Position numbers and translations under genes: made by a program. The notes beneath the pieces were generated by a model. That model saw nothing but the letters and a program-made list of their open reading frames with translations. It did no database searches and was not told where the DNA came from. A DNA stretch of 55,204 nucleotides, filler included, from Asterionella formosa (Eukaryota): assembly GCA_002256025.1 (NCBI GenBank). It is 4 parts of 4 records of this genome, joined end to end, with 100 filler letters (N's around TTAATTAATTAA, not from the genome) between each part and the next. Parts side by side here need not be neighbours in the genome. Positions count along the whole stretch, not along the records: positions 27,662 to 41,384 come from NKIB01006474.1; positions 41,485 to 55,204 come from NKIB01006482.1; 2 more parts are not named here. The stretch is one strand, 5' to 3'. How positions within the stretch are numbered: the stretch's first letter is position 1; the number at the start of each line of letters is the position of its first letter. Shown piece by piece: positions 34,854 to 45,389 of the stretch.

Positions 34854-35819
34854 TACCAGGTACAAACAAGTCTATGATTAGTTAATTAAATATGGGCGCG
34901 GTCAATTGTGCTCATTTCCTAATGAAATGTACCAGACTCCTCTAATTTAATAAAACGAACACGCAAACGAAACTGGCGCAGTCTGCAGTGTTATACGAGT
35001 GTACCATGAGGACCTCCAATTTTACCACCATTCAACAACCAGGTATCTGTACCAGGCAGATACCAGGATTAAAAAGGTACATGAGGAAGAAAGTAAGGCT
35101 GCTGGTACCAGATCAAGTTCTTTCAACTAATATCCTGCTCTCGTGACTAATTCATTTACTACATGCATCTATATTTGTGAAATAGTAAGGATATTTGTGG
35201 TGTCTTATTTCATGCATGGACAATCTACAGTTTATAGTTGTGCACTGCACATAAATAATATGAACTATTATAGTGAACAAGATTTCTCGTCGAGGTTTTC
35301 ATGTGATGGTTCAGAATCATACAGTGATTTCCAAGACAAAACTACCAGTAGTTGATGTTACAACTACATATTTTTAAACTTCAAGATAAAATTGTTTTGG
35401 AGGATAAATAATTGCGAAAGACAACTCATCGTATGGTACATATGCCAAAAAGGTATGAATTGGCCAAGAAATGACAGTAAAAAGAGTTTTCGCCATCCTC
35501 ATGCACCAAATCGACGCAACGATACTAAGCATCGCCGCTGAAGGCTGAAAAAAAGGAAGCATTGCTTGTCAATGTAAAATTGGCAAATTGAACTTGCACT
35601 ACGCCAAAGAAATGCGGACTCGAGAGAGTGTCCTTCAGCGCTTATCAGAAGCACTCATGCGATGATAGCTAACCAAGTTTAGTACTGGTACAAGCAACCC
35701 GAGTGCATGTTGTTGTCTTGCGCTGTGTCGTGGCTCAGTTGTTCTAACCCCTTGGCGCTTTTCCCCTCAAATACTCCATCCGTACTCACGATTGGTAGAA
35801 TAATTTATCTCTGCAAGGA

Positions 35820-37174
35820 TTGCAGTCGTCGGACGCACGCTTAGTCAAAGTAGACCTGCTGCAGAATTCAAATCTTTCCATTCTCAAACTAGGCTACAAC
35901 AAATTGGGCAACGACGTTAATTTTCAATTCGTTGACTGTCGGGATTTCAACACACCGCGCTTTGGGATCGTTGGATCTTGGATTCAACCAAGTCGGCGAT
36001 GATGGGATTAGATCATTGGCACATCTTGCTTTGTTTGGATCTGCCTTGCATACGCTCAACTTGCTTGGCAGGGATTCACATGCGGGAAGAAGGAGCCATG
36101 GCGTTGGCTGATGGGATGAGGAGATGGTGCGCTGTGACCTTTTGACTGGAAATACACTTGAAGGATCCAAGAGCTTGTTTTAGGCGGAACAAGCATGAGA
36201 CCGATGGGCTGCCACACAGTTGCTGCGATGCTCTGAATGTACGAATCACACAGAAATGAGGAAGACACAACAGATTTAAATTTCATCATGCCCGTAAACT
36301 GGTTAACTCATCAGTTGATTGTTTTCAATTTAAAATCCAGGCGTAATTCTTAACTTTTGTAGGACGAGGCTAAAGGTAGGTCATCCAGTCCATGTGCAAC
36401 TAGGAGTAACTATTGGCTGTGTCCTCTCTCTCTTGTCATATTTGTTCAAGTCACACTTGTAGCCTCAGAAATTTTCCCCGACGAAATTGGAAGCAAGACT
36501 GCGCCAGATTTTTTCGTGTAGATTGTAGGTTCTGTTGGTACAAAGAGGAAGTCATGGCTGCGCCAGGATTTTTGACCTTCTGAATTCATAAAAACACCAA
36601 CATTTAACACCACAGTGAACAATTAATTTTCAACATGGGGAAGACCCTTACAACTAGCATCCCCCTTCCAGATGTTCAGCTGCCTCACTATAAACAAATC
36701 TTTTATCAGCTCACCTAGGGTTTGTTGCACCAACAGGAGGTGGAATGATGCAACATTGAGATCGTCCGCAATGGATGCTTTTAAGGTAAAAAATTTTCTT
36801 GCTGTTTTTGCTATCATATCACCAAGCAAGTGATAATTCATAATGATATGCTGTTATTCTCAACATTCATTTGACATTTGAACAGGCCTTTTCATAAAAG
36901 GAGTGTTCTTTTGAAAGCAGGAGTGATAGAAGGTGAAATGATGCAATATGGAGACCCGCCCACAATGGAAGATTTTACTAAGGTAAGCTTAATCCTCAGT
37001 TTTTGTCATCACATCAGCAAAGCGAGCGATAAATTTTCACACGCTTTTGCTATTGTTCTCTACATTTATTTTACATTTTATCCATCCATTTCACAACAGG
37101 AGCATTCTTTTGAATGCATCAGTGAGTTGCGGTGCTGCCTAGTGGGTAATGCCGGTGTCTTGCTGTCAATTTGA
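35820..37174 (+). pseudogene. Decayed RNI-like leucine-rich-repeat gene
   Basis: Fragments LSILKLGYNKLGND and LGSLDLGFNQVGDDGIRSLA...LHTLNL lie in shifting frames. A downstream exon-like piece has a GTAAGC...ACAG intron. Multiple stops. Confidence 0.45.
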
Positions 37175-37297
37175 CTGCTCCGTGAAACAGTTGAATAGTT
37201 AGTAATCAACATATTTGATAGTACATTTAAATTATGTGAACAAAATTACAGAATTAAGTAAACAAATTTAATACACTACGTGAACTATACAATAGAA

Positions 37298-37568
37298 TTA
37301 CGTGAACAAAATTATAAGGCAATGTGAATTAAATTACAGAATTAATTGAAGTATTTCAAATAATTATGTGAAGGTGGTCATGTAATATAGTGATGATCAG
37401 GAATGCATGCATGATACTCTGATCAAATAATTAACGTGATGTATTCAGATAATATATAGATATATTCAAGTAACCATTTTGATGTATTCAACTAATTCAT
37501 GTGATCTATTCAAAATCAACTAGGCTTAATTACGTGATAGTCACTTTACGTAATACGCGGCTTAGATG
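37298..37568. repeat. Dispersed repeat, copy 2 (see 6750-7026)
   Basis: Direct similarity and the same right boundary. Preceded by short (A/C)GTGAAC subrepeats and followed by degenerate GTCAGCAA repeats. Confidence 0.85.
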
Positions 37569-39669
37569 CAGTAGTCAACTTATGAAATCAGTAGTCAGCG
37601 AATATTTCAAATTTTCAGCAAATCAAGTCAGCAGTTAGCAACAAGAAGTCCGAAGTCAGCAAGTTGAAGTTGGTAGTCAGCGATTCTGCTGTGAAAGGTG
37701 GCAGCGCTTTTCCGTTCGAAACTTTATAACGGTAACAGGTAACATAATTCATGGAAATATTTTGAGATTTTTCATTATTTCGGAATTGATGAGCCGGTCA
37801 GACTTCCTATCACGAAGTAGGTTGAAACCGCAACGTGGAATTTTTATCACATAGTAGTGCGCGCAATTTGCTGATTACTGGACCTTCCTGGTATATAAAT
37901 GCTATGGGTGTACTGACTCTACTACCACAACGCTGATAATAATTGGGTTTATGCTTCATATATTCTAAGTAGTCAACACAGAATCCTATGTGTAGGTAAC
38001 TTGCTTATCAGGATAAGGGCACCACAAAGTCCCCTAAAGCAAACATGTTTGCATTGGGTATTTCACTCCCATTCTTACCATGGATTTTTAGGGTTACCAA
38101 AAAAAACTCAGTTTGGGCGGTTCTTCTTTTGGTCCACCATTAGCAAAGGCCAACACTTTCCCAAAACAGAGAGATCTTTCCCAACTTGACAGCTGTTAAG
38201 AAATCAACAAAGCATGAAACTTCTTATGGTACGTGCCTACCACCAGCAGCTGTATAAGAACGACTGGACAAATTCAGATAAATAGGGAAAAACAGGCTCT
38301 GACAAAATGTAATTTAGAGTTAAAGCACTTAGGTACTCTTTTTAGTTTAAGCAAATGGACTCTAGTGACTTCAGCAAAATTTTGATTAAACTAGACAAAC
38401 ATACTAGTCCTTAATTCATTTGTACATGCTGCCTACGTCACTACAGAAGGACATTGTTACTGGTACACTCCTGTTGGCGGTTGGCTTGCCGAGTAGTATA
38501 GACTAGGTTTATATGTAGCAGTGTGAATGAATGGGCTGCTGCACATTACTACTTATGACTATAGGGCATTACTGGTTGTTTTGATCATGGCACACTGGAG
38601 TGCTTCACATTTGTCGGCTCCCACAGTGACTACCACTTTAAATGTACAAATTGCCAATTCGTAATCAATTCTCAAGAGACAATAACCTTATTTCACATCT
38701 TTTCCTTCGATTATTCGTGTTAATGCTATAGTCTTAGTTTTATTTGTTGTGTAGCTACTATGAAAGTATCATTTCTGCTAGTAGCATCATTGTTTGTTAA
38801 AAATTGCCCAACTCTAAATCACATGTAGCATGTCATATCTGCTCGTAGCATTGTCGTTTTAAGATTTGGCAACTCTAAGTTACATGAATGTGCCACTGGT
38901 GACTTCAATCTTCGCTGTCAATATTACTATTATTAGGATTCTTATTCTTCTATGATTGTAGTGTCTATGTTGTCCTTCATATATGTACCATGGTACCAAA
39001 ATACTGGGAAAGCATCGTACACGTTCCACCTTAGATAAATGGGGCAATTGGCTATTTCGCATCCAACACATATACAAACTAGACTACCGGCATGTGGATA
39101 AAATTGGTTTTCGATGTGGACTGAAAAAGGGCAATGTACTACCGGTACTAGTGGCGAAAAGCGTGCCGATACCAGTAGCGGTAGCTAGGTTATGAAATGC
39201 CTACCGGTATGTCGTTTAGATACCGGTACTCGACTTGGCCCGGCGCCGCTCGATCGGTCAACCAACCTACTCGCGCCTCCCAAGTCTCGAACACCATAAA
39301 ACACGAATGCAGTCTCCACCCTCGATCGTATCGTCTTACCTTCAGCAACCTCCCATCCATGCCTTCATGTAGCCCCCTTTGAAACCTGCGAACCCGAAGA
39401 AATGATGCCAATAATATGAGATGAACCCCTTTCAAGCATGCGAAGCCGACTTGGTCAACAAAAAACTGATTTTGCTCACTCACAAATGTAAGCGCAGCAG
39501 ATTGCGAGATACCCAACTTTCAGTTCACTTGTTAGTGGCCCTTTCAAATAGGTTAGTCACATCTCGTCTACGCAATTTGGAGAGATCGCAACCCTTTACA
39601 ACACCAGTTAGCTCCTTATGCACAACTCACTAAGTGCTAACCCTTGGAATTTGTCGAAAGGACTACATA

Positions 39670-40574
39670 ATGGAGCTCCTCCTTACAATCCGCGTTTTGA
39701 TTACTGTGCTAGTTATTGTATCACCATCGTGTGCTGGAACCATTACTGTCGAAAAAGAAAAAGAATTTCAGGTGAGTTTCCTATTCGTGCTGATGATGTT
39801 CTGCAGGTTGACACGAGTTCGAATCAAATTGACATGAGTTCTCACATCATGTTATGACACTCAAATATTTCAATTTCGCAGGTAGCAGAGTCTTCCGGTG
39901 ATGAGACCAAACGTCACCTTAATCAGCGAAGAATTGCAAAAATGAAGAAGATTGAACGCGCTTGGTGGAATTGGAATATCTGCCAAGATGCATTCAATAA
40001 AAAATCATGTGTCTCACAAAATGGTGTGCCCGAGGGGTACATCTTCCTTGCTGGTCAACAAGGTGATTGTGCGACAATTCCAACGAGAACCTGCACGATC
40101 GCCATAGATCCTGATGGCGCGACTCCGACTATCTTTTTCCCTGTCATCAACTTTGCTTATCGAGACTTTGACGATGATGGAGATGGAACTGCCTGTCCTC
40201 CTTCTCGAGGCCAAATCGATCCAGCTGTAGTGAATTCATTAAGAGTGCAGAAGGCGAATTACATCAAGAGGCCATATGCGAAACTCAAGGGCCGTCCCAT
40301 GACCATCGACTATATTGTTAACGCCAATCCTTATTACTTAAAGAGCTGTCCAAATAAAAAGGCTGCCTGCTGTGATGGCTGTGATAATCCAGTTTGCGAG
40401 GACTGCAAGGGTGTTGATATATACCCTAGCTATGGCTACTATGTAATGTCCAACACTGGCAAATGGCGTCCCGGAGAAACACGCGTTTATGAATTTGGTG
40501 CCAGCATCGAATTCGACAGTGAGCCTTTCTGTCCATCTGTGAAGTATATACTAAAGGCGGTGAAGAAAGGTTAG
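39670..40574 (+). CDS. Secreted Cys-rich protein, two exons (39670-39771, 39882-40574)
   Basis: Signal peptide MELLLTIRVLITVLVIVSPSCAG. A phase-0 intron GTGAGT (39772) to CGCAG (39881) joins in frame to ORF 39942-40574. Confidence 0.75.
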
Positions 40575-41384
40575 GGAGCAGAACTCCAGTTGATACCGCC
40601 ACCTGTTTGACATTGCATGTTGTCAGTTTTCCATCTGTATATTGTGTGATGGTCCTAACCAAGCTATTCCGGTGACTCTTGTACTTTTACAAGGAGTTCA
40701 TTCCGTTTGCGTTTCATGTTTCTTTCCATGCATTCAGCACAAATGAAGAAGACATTCGGATTATTTGAAGTATTGTAGCACTGGCAGAGCAATTCTATAC
40801 TTATCATGGTACTCCGAGTACCTTTAATATTTTTTCTTCGCTTGCTCTACCATGTAACATATCATGAGTGTACTTGGGGCTACTATGCCTTGTGATACAG
40901 GATACTTGATCTCGAGTGCAAAGGAGCTACACATGCAAAAACAGCAATTCAATTAATAATTTTACTAACACTAGATATCTAAATAATTCATTCCTCCCAT
41001 GAAGTGAGTGGATGCAAACCCACTGGATTCCCATAAAACGTGTGGTTAGCATTTGTGATTGCAGGTGTTTCGTTGGATCCCTGAAAATTCCTCTGCATTC
41101 AACATGCACAGACACAAGTTTGCTGTGCATCAATGTTTTTAGGTGCCATAAGGTAATTCTTGTGGGCCCAAGAAGCAAATTCAACAGTTAACTTCCAGTC
41201 AAGTAGTCGTCTTAATAGTCTTTTTCCCTTCCTTGACTCTTACTTAACCTGGAAATATTCGGTCATGCAAATTTTTATCACAAATTTGCGTAAAATGAAC
41301 GTATTATACTTTCCAATGGAGCCGTCTAATCAAAAATGATGTTTCCGCCTATTTTACATCACTTCTCTGCTTGTTTCTGGCCCT

Positions 41385-41484
41385 NNNNNNNNNNNNNNNN
41401 NNNNNNNNNNNNNNNNNNNNNNNNNNNNTTAATTAATTAANNNNNNNNNNNNNNNNNNNNNNNNNNNNNNNNNNNNNNNNNNNN
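41385..41484. other. Artificial contig linker
   Basis: 44 N + TTAATTAATTAA + 44 N. Confidence 0.95.
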
Positions 41485-42008
41485 TAAGAAGTGGTATACC
41501 AGTATATTTCTCCGATGGTGCATGTCGTCTTCTTGCGTGAAAATCATGAAACAAAGAGGAATGTCCACGTAAACTCTGGTACCTGGTACTCCGCCTAGTA
41601 GAAAACAGATGTGGCGATTTGCCGCGACTCAAGTACCGGGTTCCTCATAAAAGGTGCTGAAAACACGTCATAAAGGAATCTTAGCCTATCTCTCCCCCAC
41701 CTTCATCTTTTTCGATATTTCTTCTGATGTATTATACAATATATCCATTTATTGTAATTCATATGTTACCTTGCCGGCGTTTTACTTTGAAGCAAATTCA
41801 TATATTACCTTGCCGGCGTTCCATTCCACAATTTACAGCACAATACGGTACCTGTACTAGGTAGTTGTCTCAAATGCATAAAAAGTAAATGCTCGATGCT
41901 GGACCACTGCTGCATTGCTTAGTTCACCATGATCATGGTTCATCCTCTCATTTTCCCCAATGAAGACACAAGTGATTCTCGTAATGAGGACGCTCAGCAA
42001 CAGCGCCA

Positions 42009-42680
42009 ATGACCCTCAGTCCAGCCGGGTATTTTAATGTGTCAGATCGCTTGGGTGTGGCATTTGATAGCAAAATAGACGTCAAGCATCGTGGCAGTGA
42101 GAACAAGATGATTGGAGATTTCATTGGTGATGAGCCTTCGCATAAGATCAGTGAAAAAGTACTTGAAGATACCAATAATGACAACGGCGGCGATGTTTAG
42201 ATTGGTGGCACTACTGTACAACTGAAAGATCCCAATGGTACAGTTGTCATGTCAACCATGACTGACTGCAATGGTAACTTCACGTTGAATGCTTCTCCAG
42301 GCATGTACACAATTGTCAAACAGACACCTCCTGGATTCGTCAATGTTGGCAGCAGCACAATTTCTGTAAATACAAGTGCTGCAAATGTTTTGAACATTCA
42401 TTTCGATGACCAACACCCCATCAATACTCCCAAGTGTGAGTGGCTGCCTCTCCAGTTACTTTTTGCTTGGATCAATTTCCAGAAGTGTCAAGGATGATAC
42501 CAACAACAATGATACTAGTGAAGACACTAACTTGGTAGGTGTGACTGATACTCTATAGGGTCCAAGTGGTAATGGCCCTATTCTATATACTACTGTTACT
42601 GACTTCAATGGCGACTTTGTGTTGGTGAATTTGCCTAATGGCAATTATTTTGTTAAGAAGATCATCATATCAGCCATTTC
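42009..42680 (+). pseudogene. Disrupted SdrD-B / Cna-B-type repeat surface protein
   Basis: ISEKVLEDTNNDNGGDV*IGGTTVQLKDPNGTVVMSTMTDCNGNFTLNASPGMYTIVKQTPPGF, and a second repeat DTNNND...TTVTDFNGDFVLVNLPNGNY. In-frame stops and a frameshift. Confidence 0.65.
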
Positions 42681-42744
42681 TGACCAGAAAGTATGATATG
42701 TAGATCTGAAATCAATAAAGTTGATTTCTACACCATCCTATACT

Positions 42745-43260
42745 ACGTTTGATCAAAGCATATTGATCATATGATCAATGGTGTCATTGAAATGAGAAAA
42801 TGAACTATCCAAATATATTTTAAGTTGCAGGATAAATTGATATTTAAAGTAAGATTCAATGATGATCCTAAATGTATGGTATTCAGTTTTCCACTCCGCT
42901 GTATTAGGGTAGCACTCCCATCACACAAGAAAATACCATGTATGCTGGTGTAGGTCCTGACTTTTTTTGTAGTTGATCTATATATATATTCAAATTAATA
43001 TATGATTTTTACCATATAAAAAATAGCTGTATGACTCTTGCTAATTGAGGGGCCTATCAGGTCGTGGAAATCAATGATATCATCATGCGTTGCATAAATT
43101 TGAATAATGTATAAGATTCACTGATGATAGTATACACATGATGTGCGATGTAGTAGTAAAGAGTATCTTTGAACTATGCAAATGTTTCTCTGTATATATA
43201 TATATATATAAATTTCATAATTTTATAAATGTATAGCTAGTACATGGCTGGCTAATACAG
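42745..43260. repeat. Inverted partner of the 22500-22905 repeat
   Basis: Block-wise reverse-complement similarity. Carries an extra ~180-bp segment (~42815-42990). Confidence 0.65.
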
Positions 43261-43669
43261 TTGCTGCATCATTTCTATACATACATCCTGTTTGCCATTC
43301 ATAAATATTCTTGCTTGTATTTCTTTAGACACAGGCACTGATATTTTAGCTAGTATTGCATACATCCATCGGCGTTTATTTCCTTAGTATAGCATCTTCT
43401 ACTAACAGCTAGCTGTAAATACAGGGAACATGTGCACAACATCCAACTACTAGCCAGGCTGCTTGTCCATTCAAAGAAACATTTTTCGGAGGCAATAAGA
43501 CTCTATATATATTCTCATGATAATCAGGTAGTGCTTATATACAGAGTTTTTAACATCATGCGAATATTACTGGATTTTACATATATTTTGTGTATTTATA
43601 AAAGAACAGTACATGGTACATGGTAAAGTACAAGATACCAGGTACCAGGTACCAGTACCTGGTACTGGT

Positions 43670-44867
43670 AATTATAAAATGATAATCTGTTTTATAGCCC
43701 ATTCATACTCCCCTTTTCAAGGCAAGTATTCATTGTGCTACCTGCGAACACGACATGTGCTTCCCTGGTTTTGTTAGCATAGGTGAGTCCCCAACCACCT
43801 TTTGCAAAAGTTGATTGTCTTAGCCACAGCATTAGGGGAAACTCTGACTGCCTAGGAAGGCAGCACAAGCTGCTTGTAAGGGGGCAATCCCACCATATCT
43901 TGCACACTAAGCAAGACCTAGAGGGACAGTAAGGAGTGTGGGAGTCGAACCCAACAATAATAAATTGCCGGAATCAAACCACACAACTTCAGATCATAGG
44001 CATTGTGCTCAACCAACTACCAGGTACCTCTGTCTAGTAACAGTTGCATCGATTCGCCGGCACCACCAATGTCTTTACTGTTCGCATATGAAGGATTATG
44101 TAGCCTACATACTAAATTTCTACGTGTGGGTCGGCTTACTCGAAAAAATGCGTTTTTTATGAGTTACATAGACGTGAACATATACTCGGTTTCTGTAATT
44201 AAATTTTTAGCATAAAATAAATAAATCGAAACCAATTTAACATACGTATATACATTGCATACGTATACCTATCGCCAACTGCTGTTTCACATCGGCCGGC
44301 CAGTCAAATATTTGCGGGAAACCAGATACAACAATCCACTATCATAATTATAACATAAATAGAATAATTGTCGTTTTGTATACTTTCTACGGTTGTTTAA
44401 CCTACCGGTACTTGGACCATGCCACCTGATGTTTAACGGTTACAAAACTCAAAACGAGCATACCGTCGTTTTCTTCCTTCCCACCATCGCCACTTTCGGG
44501 GTCGCACATTCCATAATTGAACGCAAGTTTCAGTTGTTCAACTGTTATGTCGTACTTTGTACGTATGTTGAGAATAGATGGTTCGAAGAAAAATGGGTCC
44601 TCATGCATCTCCATTTTGCTCGAGATAGCTACAAGTGAAAATCGAAAAATCCCAAAAACGTTTTTTTCAAATGTAGTTGCCAATTTTAGTATTATTATAT
44701 ATAATGTATACATGATTCTGTAGCTTAGAGCAAGCCGAACAATAGGGCAACTGAGCCGGAGAAAATCGTAGGAGTCAAAATGGCCCCGGATAAATTTGAA
44801 TTATCGATGCAACTGTTACTAGACAGAGGGAGTACCGGGTACCTGGTACCCGGTAAGCCATTCCCTC
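43670..44867 (-). mobile_element. tRNA-derived SINE (~360 bp) interrupted in its A-box by a MITE and four 7-bp insertions
   Basis: The reconstructed head GAGGGAATGGCTTAGTTGGTTGAGCAC...GTGGTTTGATTCCGGC has tRNA layout (A-box, decayed B-box). A second B-box-like GGTTCGACTCC lies at ~43941-43951. The 3' body recurs at 23342-23516 and ends AT-rich. Confidence 0.65.
44027..44832. mobile_element. Stowaway-like MITE / non-autonomous mariner (806 bp)
   Basis: TA|CCTCTGTCTAGTAACAGTTGCATCGAT ... ATCGATGCAACTGTTACTAGACAGAGGGAG|TA. The right end reads CTCCCTCTGT on the other strand, the Stowaway/DD39D terminus type; the left end lacks 3 nt. No ORF. Confidence 0.85.
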
Positions 44868-45389
44868 GGGTACCCTGGTACCAGGTACCGGCATATACAT
44901 CGACAACACGCTCATTTTTCCTGAACCAAAGTTCTTTCTTCATACAAAAAATCGGGTGTGACGACTCCGACCAAAAGCAATTATCGTATGTAGCAATTGT
45001 ACTTTGTTCAAAATTTATTTGTCTGTTCTACATGGAGGTAGAATTTATGGCATGCCCTTATTTTACCGTTGCTTGCTGCGCTATGTATGACCAAATTAAT
45101 GCACAATGCACAACGCCACCACACAAAGCACAAATGCCCAGAGTTATACATGTAGCTATTACGCGGTGGCATCAATGCTCTCCCTCCGCCCCTTTGTTGT
45201 CCTGTCCATATTTGATGCTGAACGGAAAGAACCAAGCGGCCCGGTCCACCTATCCCTTGCTTACTTCTTGGATTGCGTCCATTAAAATCCTGTCCACATC
45301 ACTTCTCATTGGTTTTAGGGGCTCATTGAACATCGCCGATAAAAGGTCTTGAGGTCTAGCCAGGGTCACCGTAGTTAGCGACAAAGGAA

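Noticed and set aside
43930..44020. Functional tRNA gene
   Set aside because: No pairing acceptor or anticodon stem, the B-box is decayed and the A-box is interrupted. Better explained as a SINE head.
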